64,000 bases of DNA from Tubiluchus corallicola (lineage: Eukaryota; Animalia; Priapulida). Under the pieces are notes generated by a model. It had not been told where the DNA came from. It worked only from the letters and a program-made list of their open reading frames with translations, and ran no database searches. Numbering within the stretch: the stretch's first letter is position 1; each line of letters opens with the position of its first letter. Shown piece by piece: positions 36,689 to 49,692 of this stretch. The position numbers and the translations under genes were made by a program. Location: assembly GCA_030141605.1 (NCBI GenBank), contig JAQGDQ010000316.1:210671-274670 (forward strand), given 5' to 3'.

Positions 36689-38016
36689 TGCCTGGACAAC
36701 ACTGATCAGAAAAGAAATGAAATACATTGTACTATGACTTTGGACAACGTTGTCAACATTTTGTGATTTTTTGTTGTTTTTTAGGAAAAATCTCATCTAG
36801 TTTCATGTGTGTTTTTGCAGCGTTTATTCGTTTCGTTTGATTGCGGCTTTGGCTCAATCAGCAAATAGCGTGCAATCATATGCTACGTCTGTTTTGCTGC
36901 TGATTGAATTCAGACCTCGCGAGACAAAATTTCGGATTACGCTCAAATCAGAATCTGAATGAGGGAGAGACGACAAATACCGCCGTTTGCTTTAATTGCT
37001 GTAATGAATACGTTTATAAAACCTGTTCACGTTTGAAGACAGTTGATCAGAGTTTTCCTTTGTTTGGATTACTTGCGAAATTCACCGATGAAATTAAAAC
37101 AGAAGAGCCAAAAGTGATTAAATGTTTAGCTTCCAGAAATTCTTTAGGTAACAGTGGGCGAGCGGGTAACAGATTCAAAGCAAAACCGCCACGCTAGCGT
37201 ATTAGTTCATGATAAACGTACCTGCTTACAAACAAAACGGTACTTAACATGATTGTTTCTACATATATAATGCACAAAAGGGAAGTAAAGATGACATAAG
37301 GGACATAAGATGACAGTAGGAAAGGCTCTTTTGGCACATAGGAATATCTTATTTTAAGTAGGTGAAGGAAAAATATTGAGTCAAGTATGCGGAGTTATTT
37401 GAGTGAATTACCGATAGTTTTTATGTATGTATTTGAATAGAAGCGGCCCGTTCCAGGTGTTTCTGAGTCAATTAAGCGATTGAGTCAATTAACCGTGAGT
37501 CTATTAAGCGGCGCCTACTGTAGTTGCAAAACATTAAACATTTCAAAGATCTGTCTGGGACAGAGAAACAAGTCAAGTTACTCAGATTGGTTTTTGAAGA
37601 TGCATTTGATAGCAATTATCAATTTCCCAGCGTCCCTGCTATGCCACGTAAATTATTTTTTCATTGCAAAAGAAAAAAACTTGTTCTGTTTGTAAACAAA
37701 AATTTATTCTTTAAAGATTTAAATTAAAGAAGGCATAACTATATTTATAATTAGTTCAAACTGCTAAATAATTAAAATAACAAATCATGAATTAAGTTCA
37801 AAACTGTGCCACTAATTAAGAATAAATTATAAAAGAAAAGACGACAGCAATCGTTCTAAAATATCTTCAAATTTTTATAAAGTTACATGTTACAGGAATA
37901 AACGAAAAAATGCAGTAATGACATAAAGTAATAACAATGTGTGTGTGTGTGGGGTGTGTGTGTGTGTGTGTCTGTGTGTGTGTGCGTGCGTGCGTGCGTG
38001 CGTGTGTTTTAGAATG

Positions 38017-38414
38017 AGTAAAATAGTTTGATTAAAGTTTATTTATTCTTGTGGTTAAAGCTGCTTGCTGATTATTGTTGTTTATTGCGTGGCTTGTGAC
38101 GTAGCCACGATGGGCATGGCAAACTATCAAGACTTTATTTAATAAACTACACATTTATTAAATATCAAACACAGCACAGTAAATATAAGAGGATCGTAAT
38201 GCATCTCGGGGGAGATTAGGAACTGACTTGAAGACGGAGGGCTGGCATTACTATCCTCTTATATTTACCGTGTTGATGTTTAATAAATGTGTAGTCTATT
38301 AAATAAAGTCTTGATAGTTTGCCATGCTCATCGTGGTTACGTCACACGGCACGCAATAAACAACAATAATCAGCAAGCAGCTTTAACCACAAACATGAAT
38401 CAAACTATTTTACT
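38017..38414. repeat. Long inverted repeat (foldback element), arms of about 170-185 bp with a spacer of about 42 bp
   Basis: AGTAAAATAGTTTGATT...GAGGATCGTAATGC pairs with GCATTACTATCCTC...AATCAAACTATTTTACT. Confidence 0.92.
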
Positions 38415-39354
38415 GAATGTTCTGTACATAACTCAGGCTTACTGAACTTTCGCATCACAGTGTATATATCATTAAGAAAACGGTCTTGGAATCACTGAGA
38501 GTCTAAGATCGTTATACCGTCCACTTTCTTTTGCGATCACACACACACACAAGATTGATCAGTAAAAACGGCTGCTACTTCTTCACACGTCGAGTTGTCC
38601 TCGAGTTGACGCAAACAAGCAACATGTACCTAAATGAACTGGGGAAATGAAAACTTAAATCATGTGTATTGCATCAAAAATGAAAAACTAAATCTCTGCG
38701 CTAACTTACTTTGTAAATGACCCTTTTATTTTACGATCTTGCTGCTAAATTAGAATAAAATAGAGCTTAAATATGTGTAGTTTTTGAGATTATTGCTTGT
38801 AACTCTTTGTGGACTTAAATTTTGAATTGGAAATTTATAATTTAGCATATTAATCTAACTGCATTTTTATATTACTAGACAGGAAACTTGCTTCATTAAC
38901 AACCATTAGCCATCACTTTAATACTTCTTGTTTAACATCACTGTAAATGTTATACGCACAAATTAACAAAAACTAATTACTGATTGCGGGACATTTAATT
39001 TTGTAGAATTCGCTCTGCCTATGTAAAATTGTATAATGTCTGTAAAGAAATGTTTGCCTGGAAAAAGAGGGTAAAGACTTATCATCCTCATCATCAGTAT
39101 TTCATCAGCATCATATCGGAAAACCCAACATCATCCTCCAGGTTTTTACTGTCGATGTCCCCTCGTTTTATTTTTGTTTGAGCCCAAACTCCTCCAGTTG
39201 AATTCGCTCCAGTTGTTCACTGACTCAAAATGAGTAACCGCACAGATGAATTTTTCTATTAGTTCCTTCTCTGCAGCTCGTTTTGGGTTAGCTAGAATCC
39301 AAGGAGTGCACACTAGACAGGTTAGGTAAGAGTGCATGGCTGTTTCTAATCGTA

Positions 39355-39920
39355 CCGTGGGTTTTACACGTCAAATGTAGACACAGGAAAGTTCAAAAGT
39401 GACTTAGGTAAGTCAAATGTAGACATAGGAATTTCGAATGTGTTTTGGTAACTCAAATGTGACTTAGGTAAGTCAAATGTAGACATAGGAGTTTCGATTG
39501 TGTTTTGGTAACTCAAATGTGACTTAGGTAAGTCAAATGTAGATGCATAACTTTGAATAAATCGATAATTAACTTATTTAAGTGCAAAATTACAAAAAGA
39601 TAAACCAAAGATCATGCATCTATTAGTAGGCCTATAACGTTGTTATTTTAACTTAGGAGTAATTATTAAATTGGAATTAAAGAAGATTAAATTTAATATC
39701 CTTAAACTTTACCACCTATCCACATTTGAGATACCAATGTCACATTTGACTTGACATGTGTCTACATTTGACTTACCAAAAGCGCTCAAGATTTCTTGAA
39801 AACCCTTGTTAACACATTTGAACTACCTAAGTCTACATTTGAGTTACCAAGACACATTTGAGTTACCTAAATCTACATTTGACTTAACGTAGGTCTACAT
39901 TTGACTTGTAAAACCTACAG
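39355..39920. mobile_element. MITE with TIRs and subterminal TCAAATGT repeats
   Basis: CCGTGGGTTTTACACGTCAAATGTAGAC / GTCTACATTTGACTTGTAAAACCTACAG, with inverted arrays of CAAATGT motifs. Confidence 0.8.
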
Positions 39921-39991
39921 AAGGCCTACAAATGGTTTCATCAGTCAAATTGTCTCTGGTTTCCGGTATGAACTGTGGCATATGGTTTCCG

Positions 39992-40073
39992 CTATAATCC
40001 ATATTTCAGCTCCAGCTTTTCTTCCATGAGATCACTTATAGTTCTGGCAATTTCGTATTGAAGCTGTTGAACT
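39992..40073 (-). CDS. CATSPER3: CatSper3 exon 6 (terminal)
   Basis: ttttttag|A then VQQLQYEIARTISDLMEEKLELKYGL*; phase 2 matches exon 5. Confidence 0.8.
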
Positions 40074-40179
40074 CTAAAAAAATAAAAATTAGTCGCTTTT
40101 AAAATGTCACACTAACTTGTTAAAAAGTTACGAATCTTATCTTATGCATTACACCCTATAGATGTTATTATATTAATAC

Positions 40180-40337
40180 CTGTCGTAGGCGTCTGCATTG
40201 TGGTCTAAAGAATTGGCTACGATCTCCATCCATCTTAAGTCGGACGATTTATCCATGGAAACAAGATAGCTGGTGTGACTGATGCTGTTTTGAAAATCAC
40301 TAAGCATTTCATTAAAATCCCTGTAATCTGACTTCTC
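40180..40337 (-). CDS. CATSPER3: CatSper3 exon 5
   Basis: gtgtag|EKSDYRDFNEMLSDFQNSISHTSYLVSMDKSSDLRWMEIVANSLDHNADAYD(R)|gtatta. Confidence 0.8.
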
Positions 40338-40393
40338 CTACACAAAATATTGCAATAATACATTAGATTATCTTTTTTTAGTTAATCTACACT

Positions 40394-41656
40394 TAATAAG
40401 CCTTTTCACAGTTCCAGCGATTGATGACGATCGTGGACAGGTCAAAGGTTAAGTGTACCAGACAACGCATTTATGTACACTTGACAACGCCCCGCAGCCG
40501 TGCTATTGTAATGTAGTAACAGTTTTAACGGCTAGTTAACGGCTCATTATTTTCTTATATACATATATATATATATATATACATTAATTCTTTATTTGTC
40601 ATTAAAATGGTTCACTCATTATAATAAAATTGAGTAAGCCTCAGCATAATGTTAAAATAACAACACTGTTCAAGACAAATGCGTCCAGTGCAGACTAAAA
40701 AAACTAAAGTGCAAAACTAAGGCCTAATTATATACAATAAATGGACTTATTTACAAACACCATATTAAAATGTTTTTACAAAACAATATTACAAGAGTAC
40801 ATTAAATTTTACATGACATATTTTACACTATATATACAATTGACATGGCACAATTAACAGAAACATGCTTTACATCACATAAATTTCACTCATTACATTT
40901 ACACTATTTATACATTTGACATTACAAAACTAACATAACACGTATTACATTACATAATTCTTTTAAGGAATTTTCATTTTTAATCGTTATGCGGAGTCAG
41001 GGGCGGGGGTAGATGAAAGTTGAGTCTGTGTAATTAGTATCAGATGCACAATCTGGAAGTTGAAACCTGTTTCTAAGTGCGATCCTGCTGGTAAATCACT
41101 TTGCGCACAGACTAATGCATAATTAAGTAAAGTCCACGTAAAACAACTGAAGGTAGTGAAATAATGTTTTGCGTTACCCACATGTCACGTGCAGGGCCTA
41201 TTTCAAGGGGGGGGGGGAAGTGGGGATACTTCCCCGGGGCCTCACCCTCCAGGGGGGCCTCACACCCAGGTAAAATTTTTTTGCTTTATGCGAACATACT
41301 GCCTCCTCTCTCCTTCTCTCTCTCTCTTGCCGCATGCGCGCCGTTTGCCAGTATTGACAAATATTAAGGACTGGTCTTGAGAATAAAGCAGTTTTTCTTT
41401 CAATTGTTCTTTCCTTTAACAACTGTATAACTTCATATTTTTTCTTCGAAAATGCTTCTCCGGCCTTCTAGCAGTTCAAAAAAAACCCGCCCCCTCCGAT
41501 GGGGCCTCACATGCCCCACTTCCCCGGGCCTCGCTTAGGCTGAAATAGGCCCTGGTCACGTGATGATTGTTGCTAAGACGCGTTGCTGTTGTACACTTAG
41601 CCTTTGACATACAGCAACTGCGCGTGCGCGCTACGAAACTACGAAAAGGCTTATTA
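40394..41656. mobile_element. MITE (same family as 36291-36688) interrupted by nested insertions
   Basis: Same TIRs and internal sequence, split by an insert of about 500 bp (about 40560-41080) and by a hAT MITE. Confidence 0.8.
41192..41554. mobile_element. hAT-type MITE
   Basis: TIR CAGGGCCTATTTCA / TGAAATAGGCCCTG with 8-bp TSD GTCACGTG (41184-41191 and 41555-41562). Confidence 0.92.
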
Positions 41657-41712
41657 AACTTTCTAAACACTATTTTAATTGTGCTATATGAATTTAATGT
41701 AACACTATTTAC

Positions 41713-41811
41713 TTGTTTTTCCATAAGTTTTTGTATCTCACGATGATGTCGTTCTCGCATGTATTGTTTTTTCGCTTTTATTGTTGTCTCTCTTTCTTTT
41801 CGAAGTTCATT
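41713..41811 (-). CDS. CATSPER3: CatSper3 exon 4 (coiled-coil)
   Basis: ttgcag|NELRKERETTIKAKKQYMRERHHREIQKLMEKQ|gtaaat; 99 nt, phase 0-0. Confidence 0.82.
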
Positions 41812-42141
41812 CTGCAATAGAGTACAGGTGAGCGCATGCGCGAAGTTACAATCTTCAATAAGCACACTACAGCATGAGCATTTCATTAAAATCTTTACAA
41901 TCTGACTTCCCCTACACATTATGTAGTCTATCCATATCCAAGGACCACAGATTTTGTTGTCCAAATATAGGAAGTAGTTGGTTATTGATTACCTTTTGCC
42001 ATATCTAATTTAATGGAATATCTCCAGATATTCATGGGCGTTTAATGATTTTTCGTACTAGAATCAATGATGATTTTGTCTGTTGTCAACTCGGTTTCCA
42101 TGAGTTTTTGTATTTCACGATAAAGTATTTTACTTTGTTGT

Positions 42142-42660
42142 TGGCATCCTTCTGTCTCGGAAGACAATGGAGTGTGCTCTAAGAGAGTCAGTTATTGATC
42201 ACATTGATGGAGCTGCAGCGTCGACTGTGACTGAGCAGTGCGATCCTTGAACCACTGGAGTGGCCTCTCCAGGGCGTACGCCTGGGCAAAGTGTATGGAG
42301 ATCCTGAGTTGCCCAGACAACAGGAACCCCCTCTCTTCCTCCCTGGTGTAGTCCAAAGGAAAGTGGAGCGATACGTTTGGCACCAGGTTGGCTGCAGGAG
42401 CTGCCGGAGTCAGTGAGCATGCTGCACTGGTCCGCCCTCGGGGCTCCACTCCTGATTTGGAAGGTTTACTCCTCTACACATGGCCGTTGGGTCACTTGAC
42501 CTCTTCCGCCCTCTAGTCATTGTCTGCTTGTGCATCACGCAAGCCTACAGCACTTGGTATTCCTAGGCGGTCATCCATCCAAGTGCTTACCAGGCTCTAC
42601 GTTGCTTAGCTTTGGCGATCAGACGAGAATCGGTGTTTTCAACGTGATTTGGCCGTAGAC
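42142..42660 (-). mobile_element. 5S rRNA-derived SINE (SINE3-type)
   Basis: 42541-42660 on the minus strand is 5S-like (GTCTACGGCC..ATCACGTTGAAAACACCG..CTCGTCTGATC..AAGCTAAGCA..GTGCTGTAGGCTT). It is followed by a body of about 400 bp, not a T-terminator, shared with 53083-53500. Confidence 0.88.
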
Positions 42661-42827
42661 AAATTAGAAATACTATTTTGTTATACCGAGTATAGCAACT
42701 GCAGTTGGCAGAGTTGGTAGAGCTAATGTAGGGCACATTAACTTCTTTTATAATTTACTTACAGGATTTTTTTCATAAAAGTCAATGGAATATTGATGTA
42801 TATTAAAAAGACTTGTGAAAACTTTAC

Positions 42828-42989
42828 CTCGGCTTCCAAAGTAGCTTCGCTGATGTTCATAATGATGACGCCAATGAATACGTTCGTGAATATGAAATGT
42901 CCAAGAAAAATGAACAGTACTGTATAATAGCGACTGTTGACTAAGCCCTTCTCGTCTAGTGATTGTTGCAGATCTGTCCAACCATCGAC
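42828..42989 (-). CDS. CATSPER3: CatSper3 exon 3 (selectivity filter + S6)
   Basis: gctag|VDGWTDLQQSLDEKGLVNSRYYTVLFIFLGHFIFTNVFIGVIIMNISEATLEAE|gtaaag; T-VDGWTDLQ is the CatSper3 pore signature. Confidence 0.92.
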
Positions 42990-43624
42990 CTAGCAAGAAT
43001 CAATTTTTAAAACAAGATTCAGTCAACCGTGGAAAATTAACTGATATTCATATTCTTGACGATCACCATCTTAATATTCATCGTAAACAGGTTAATCCCT
43101 TTAAATCAGTGTAGTTTATAAAGCTAAAATTATATAAAAATTATTTAGTCTATATAGTTTATTTTATGTATGATGTTCTATCACGACGTCAAATTGGAGT
43201 TTAGGAACTAATTCGCCCATCAAGAACTTTTGTACCTGGCCTTCCTTAATCTTGAGTTGCTTCAGAATAGCTTAAATTTGTGGCTGAAACCTTGCAAAGC
43301 TAATATTTATTCACGCAAAGGAGTGGAAATTTGAAAAAAATTCTGTGACGTCACAAGAACGCATAACTTTTGTTATTGACTTTTTGTAAACAACGGAAAA
43401 TAATGAATCTAGTATAGAACAGCAAATTTTAGTTCTCAACACCAGTCAACATGTAAACATCAGTAGATTAGTGGCTTCAAAAATGATCTGTCTGGAAAGG
43501 CAGAATATAGTTCCGGCTTCTCCCCTATCTTAACAACTGGATACAGCCCCTATTGACGGCTATGAACAAGTATAAGCATTCACTTTTGTTGTGTTGTGAC
43601 GCCATCTACGCTGCCAAAATTCAG

Positions 43625-44254
43625 CTAGGTGTGCTCACTTGCTGAACTCCATATTAATATCATATAAAGAGCCATATATCTCCTTCCGAGAGTCCCACCT
43701 AGAACGTTTTTTCCGCAGGCTGTTTGGTCAAAATTTCGAAAAAATCGCGAGTTGGGTCCGGGAAAACGCCCGTTATGGGACCCCGTGGTCCTCTCGCAAA
43801 TTCTAAATACGCCTATTACACCCAACGCTGAACGGGCTGTCTATCCATACCCAGCACCGTCCTCGGCCCGTTCCCGTTTCCTACATCTCAGCCGTATAAC
43901 TTTTGCAAAAAACGGCCGAAAAATGGCCATTTTTGGAGGTTTTTGGCCCCCCGTTCCTCCCGGTGGGCCCGATTCGAAAAATAAACCCCCAATGAGACGA
44001 CACTAGATCGAAACCTTTCGTTTGATGTATAGATCGCCGCAAATGGTGCCCTCGTCCGGCCTGTAGGGTCGAATCTTATATATAAATAAATATATATATA
44101 TACCAAGAATATTAATATGAGTACTAGATCGAGACCTTTCCTTTGATGTATAGATCGCCGCAAATGGTGCCGTCGTCCGGGCTGTAGCCTCGAATCTTAT
44201 ATATATATATATTAAGATACCAAGAATATTAAAATAAGAGTATAGATAGATAGA
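43625..44254 (-). mobile_element. Dispersed repeat with internal tandem sub-repeats, possibly a non-autonomous Helitron
   Basis: The minus strand starts TCTATCTATACT and ends CTAG. Fragments recur at about 26186-26230 and, inverted, at about 61590-61722. The A|T target is not evident. Confidence 0.45.
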
Positions 44255-44286
44255 AGACAACACATTAGTGCTACTGGTTTACTTAC

Positions 44287-44472
44287 AGTGACGAAAGTAA
44301 ATAAGGTCAACATGGCGTCAGAAAGGCTTCCCCAATGCTCTTTGTCACTATCAGGTTTGTAGCCAAAAAAGTAGTATCCCATGATGGCAAATAAACACAT
44401 GAAGACAAGTAGTAGTAGTAGGATGTTTATGACCACTGTACGAATACTAGCAACTAGAGCGGTGACCAGGAC
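44287..44472 (-). CDS. CATSPER3: CatSper3 exon 2 (S4-S5 linker, S5, pore helix)
   Basis: ttacag|VLVTALVASIRTVVINILLLLLVFMCLFAIMGYYFFGYKPDSDKEHWGSLSDAMLTLFTFVT|gtaagt; 186 nt. Confidence 0.92.
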
Positions 44473-44541
44473 CTGTAAACAAACAAAATCAAAGTGAGTT
44501 TCTGGGGAATACGTCGGGCATGTGTTGTCTTTCCGTAATGC

Positions 44542-44803
44542 TGTAGCAGACTTAGCTTTTTTTGTTAATCTTACTTATCGTGCACGAGGCGCCATCTGTG
44601 ACGGAAATGTAAAGCTTTTGGTTTTAGCCAGCTTTTCTGTTTGTTACCTACTAGTCACCTGTCTGTTATTACACACCTGTGCTCTGAACAGTCAGGTTAA
44701 TCCACTTTATGGGAGCTGTTGGACATTTATGTTATATTGGACATAATGTTAATAAAGCATTCAGTGGTATTAACCTCTGTTTACAGTGTTTTCTGTGACT
44801 ACA
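44542..44803 (+). mobile_element. Solo LTR
   Basis: TGTAG...CTACA termini, 5-bp TSD AATGC (44537-44541 and 44804-44808), and AATAAA at 44751. Confidence 0.8.
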
Positions 44804-44900
44804 AATGCTATGACCTGCACACGAACGTCTTGTGCCCAATGTATTAATTTGGTTTTTAAAATACGCTACTTTATTTCGCTTTAATTGTTAGGCCTATTAA

Positions 44901-45584
44901 AGGACAAGAAAAGGGGTACCTGAAGTAGGTTTCAGAAAAATCGCCTTATAAAATTATAACACTTTATAGTAATTTTATGCGTATATCTTACTCGCACTGA
45001 AAGGAATTTTCGTTTGTTTTCATTTTAAATCTCCCGCAATACTGTTCCGACGTCGCCATTACATGACGTCATGTACCAAACGTAAATCAAGGGAAGAAAA
45101 GGCAATGTTAAATTATATCTCAAAAGACTTTCCGTGCAAATCTATATTACTTAGATTTTCGCTTACCTGCTAGAAAGACTTATGTAACTAGAAAAGAAAA
45201 TTATTAATTATTTAAAATGTTTTCACCAATTGGTAAAATGTCGCTGACTCACCCTCCAGGGTGCACCACTCACTAACCAAAAAACGTATTTTTAATCTTA
45301 TTGACAAGATACAGTAATTTTAAATTTTATTTAGTTAGTGACGTGTGCGCTACGAATGCTCTGATTATTTTTTCAAACTTTACTCAATGTTATGTAAACT
45401 TGTTTCAAATGACCTGTCGTGAAAATGGCTGCGTCTAACGGTCATCGAGGGAGTTTAAATTTACATATTTTATACAGCGTGACTGCCGATTGAAGTCCTG
45501 CACGCAAAAAGGCAGTATGTAAGCGATATAAAATTTCAAAACGAATTTTTCAAGCTTGATGTTTATGAAGGGTTTCCTTGTGCT
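44901..45584. mobile_element. TTAA-target MITE (Kolobok-like)
   Basis: TTAA|AGGACAAG ... CTTGTGCT|TTAA, imperfect TIRs. Confidence 0.5.
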
Positions 45585-45844
45585 TTAATGTTATCCGTTT
45601 CTGCTGAACATAGCTTTTATGAAAAATTATTAAGCGCAAACATAACACCAGTAACTAACACACGTGGTCTCATCAGTCAGTAAGAAACAGATATCTTTCT
45701 TTGTAACCTGGCCTGTAGTATAGGCTTAAACCACGCTTAAAGTAAATTAAACATTAGTGTTATGAATGTAAAATGTGGGTAGAGAAAAGTATTAAGACAA
45801 GCAAAATTTTGAATGAAGCAAATGAACGAATTATACCTAACAAT

Positions 45845-46967
45845 CAGGGTCGAATTTTGATTTTGTAGGCCCCTGGGCTACAGAGACTGTGGAGGCCCCC
45901 GCCTCCCAGTGAGAATTAACAAAAGCATGAATGTTGGATTCTTCAAATCATTTTATTCAATTTCTACAACATAATGCCAACGTTAGGCCCACAGTGACAA
46001 TTAACAAAAGCGTGAATGTTGGCCCTTCAAATCAGTTTATTCAATTTCTACAACATAATGCCAACATTAGGCCCACAGTGACAATTAACAAAAGCGTGAA
46101 TGTTGGATTCTTCAAATAATTTTATTCAATTTCTACAACATAATGCGAACATTACGCCCACAGTGACAATTAACAAAAGCGTGAATGTTGGCCCTTCAAA
46201 TCAGTTTATTCAATTTCTACAACATAATGCCAACATTGGGCTCACAGAGATGGGTGCAAGTTCAACACAACAAAAAGGAAAGAGATATTCTGATATTTAC
46301 AAAATTAAAATAAGTTTTTGAAGTATTACATGTATTACGTACAAATTACAATAAATAAATTACTGATGTGGCAGTACCAGTGACTTGCAGAACAATACTA
46401 GTTTATTGTCATACAGTAATTAATTAAAGAGATAATTCAGCACACTTCTACTCTCTTTCTGCAGCATAATTTCACTTAATCTCTGGATCCCCTCAGCTGG
46501 AGGAGACCCCTTGGGAGCAGTGGCGTCGGCCTGCCCCACCCCCCCAAAAAAAAACAAAAAAAACACAAAACCAAAAAAAAAAAACAAACCCACACAAACA
46601 AAAACACAAAAAAAAACAACCAACAAACCCCCCCACCCAAACCACCCCCCCACACCAAAACCCCCCCCCAAAAACACCAACAAAAACCACCCAAAAACCC
46701 CACACAGAAAAAAATTATCATTATCAACAGTCAAGTAATTTTGAATTTTAATTAAATTTCTGTAGCTATAGCTTTAAGTTAAATGCCAGTTGGGAACAAA
46801 TAAATCGTTTTTCTTGCACGCAAAATACTGGTGTGGCAATTCAAAATTATACGTTTTTTAAACAGTTAAGTTCGGCCATTATATACAGTCGGGCCCCCTA
46901 ATTTTTTTGGTGCACGACGCCCCTGCTTGGGAGCGCCCCATAAAGCTCGTGTCTTAATCCGGCACTG
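45845..46967. mobile_element. hAT-type MITE with internal tandem repeat of about 85 bp (about 4 copies, 45905-46245)
   Basis: 8-bp TSD CTAACAAT (45837-45844 and 46968-46975); imperfect TIR CAGGGTCGAATT / AATCCGGCACTG. Confidence 0.85.
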
Positions 46968-47059
46968 CTAACAATCGAATGCACGTACAAACGTGCGAAG
47001 CAACAAATGAGCTAGAAAGAATGATCGAAAGAACTCCTGAAAAGTTAAAGAAAAGATAC

Positions 47060-47572
47060 CTGCAATCCTTTAATAAAGGAAATGGTCCTCAAAGTACGTA
47101 GAGTGCGCAGCACACGTAAGATGCGCAAAGTTTGCAGTTGTTTACCACCCGACTTGTGTATTTGTGTTAGTAGAATTTGCATCCATGACATAAACAGGAC
47201 AAAAAAATCGAACAGGTTATAAGCGTTTTGCCAATACTTCTTTGGTTCAGCATAAATCTTCATAATAAATTCAACGTTATAAACAGCTAGGAAGAAATTG
47301 TCCATCACGTGAAAAAATTTCCTCTTGTCAATGAGCTCCTCGTTGGTTTCCAAAGCCATGATAAATGAATTTAATAAAATCACTACCATAATGAAGCCGT
47401 TAAAGAAATGGGACTCTGTCCATTCACAGATGAATCTGTGAAAGTTGGCGTCCCTACGCACGTTATGCTCATCATGTTCGTATGTTGGTGCTTTTGACCG
47501 CCATCCCCTGCCTTTCGCCCCACTATTCTGTCCATCATCTTTATACGCTGATGTAGTAGCTGAGGCGCTCAT
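47060..47572 (-). CDS. CATSPER3: CatSper3 exon 1 (N-terminus, voltage sensor S1-S4)
   Basis: FFNGFIMVVILLNSFIMALET, YNVEFIMKIY, YWQNAYNLFDFFV and S4 LRILRVLRTLRTLRTI; ends GLQ|gtatct. The spliced product is about 399 aa. Confidence 0.93.
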
Positions 47573-47829
47573 AGTTTAAACGTCCAACATAGTCCAATAA
47601 ATTACAGGTATATGATCAGATGTCCTTACTCAGACACGTTTTGCCATTGTAGATATTGTATAAAGTGTCACTAAAGGCGTAATAATTGTTGGCACGCTAT
47701 CATTGTTTTCAAAATCGGTACCATTGTTCTCTTCATTGTCAAATCATGTAGTTTTTCTATACGTCAAACTGGTCTACTGTGACTGTAGCAAATGTGTAGG
47801 TAAAGAAAGTGGCACAAAAAGGCTTAGGG

Positions 47830-48430
47830 TAGGGTTACCATATTGTCTGAGATGAAAAAGAGGACACTTTTTCGCACACTTGTAAATAGGCAAAAATGAC
47901 CAGTCTAGGGTCTATTAAAACAATGCAAAATAAAATGCAAATTATACAAATAGGCCTACATGTATTCTAATAGCAATACCAAATGGCTATACTGCAAAAA
48001 AACATTAACACACTGCAACTGTCAGTCGCCTGCTTCTTCTTGGCTCTCAGAAACAGTTACGCTTGAACTTGACTGAGCCCGAGGCTGAGACCAAGAATAC
48101 TTTTCCGAAGTCCGAATTGCTTTCAATAATTTCGGTCGACTGCACAGATATGCATAAATGTCTTTGCATGACAGATGTTTAAAATTATGCTGAACAAAGA
48201 GAATTCCTTTCACGAATTCAACATGCAACTTGTTTCTTTCCTTTGTCCACTGGCTTTGCATAAGTGAAAACACTCGTTCACTGTTAGCGTTGTGTGACGG
48301 AATCGCAAAGAAAAATTCTATGATGACAAGAAGTTCTGAGAAGCATTCCTCGTTCTTGCAACTGCTGAAGTACTTCACCCATCTCTCATGAGCCAATAAC
48401 TTGTTGAAGTCGTCATCTTTACAATTCTAA
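47830..48430 (-). mobile_element. hAT transposon 3' fragment (dimerisation domain + TIR)
   Basis: FFFAIPSHNANSERVFSLMQSQWTKERNKL is the hAT C-terminal motif; terminal TAGGGTTACCA at 47830. Confidence 0.88.
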
Positions 48431-48529
48431 GTACGCTGAGTATCGACAGCGGTGTGAGTCGTGTGACCCATAGTGATATGTGCATCACTTACTTTTGTTC
48501 AGTAAATATGTACACAAAGCTTTTACAAG

Positions 48530-48870
<341 letters not shown>

Positions 48871-49425
48871 TGATACTACAGGAACGAATCATTCTATTAT
48901 TGAACAAGCACCTAATACGGCCTAAATCTTTGAGCTGCAAACTAAACTGAAACAAAATTTGTCCATAGTTCAAATGCAGGTTCATTTCTGATTTTTCTAC
49001 ACTTTCTTCCTTCGGTAGCATTCGGTTAAGACAAATTAGACAAATCCTTTGTGTAAATATTTATTTTATTTGTCTTGTAGTAACAGTTTAATTGAGCTTG
49101 TTAACTGAGCTTTCTTTATTATTCTATTGTGCTTTTGAAGTACTAACATAAACGTAAAATAGTAATAAATAAGAATAGTAAGAATAGACAAAATATTCTT
49201 CTTTAAATCGAAGTTTAATTAACAATAAGTAAATCAGAGTGATGGCGCTAAAGAACAGTCGTATGACAGGTACAAGCGTTTACCTGTAACAAACCTAGAT
49301 CAGGTTATAGTATTGTCAAGGGCATTTGCGTGCGGGCGAAGCGACAGCCTTGGACCGTTAGTACTGTTCAGTACAACGTGATTACCTGTGATTGAGAGTA
49401 AACGCGTTTCGTCGATGCTCTCAGG

Positions 49426-49531
49426 ATGGACCAGCTTATAATGAACGGCTACACACCTGAGCGTATTGTCGACTTTGAAAATGCCGAACGATTTTTATTC
49501 ACGTCCGAGTCAGTCGGGGAGGGTCATCCCG
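49426..49531 (+). CDS. MAT: S-adenosylmethionine synthetase exon 1
   Basis: MDQLIMNGYTPERIVDFENAERFLFTSESVGEGHP-G|gtaagt; FTSESVxEGHPDK signature. Confidence 0.93.
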
Positions 49532-49692
49532 GTAAGTAAATGTAACTTCCGTTATTTTTGTTAGAGTGGGCCAGGAAGGGAGGGTGGAAAAAGGGGGGTC
49601 TAAAGAAGGGAGAGCTAAGAGAGAAAGAGAGAGAGGGGGGAGGGAGAGAGTGAGAGAGAGAGAATTTTTAACAACATTTCTGAATATCAAAA

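Noticed and set aside
39060-39340. Extra CatSper3 coding exon (63-aa ORF at 39146-39337)
   Set aside because: The gene already terminates at 39992 with the expected length, and I recognise no homology.
42541-42660. Functional 5S rRNA gene (also 53501-53613)
   Set aside because: Substitutions or a deletion, no oligo-T terminator, and fusion to a shared SINE body.
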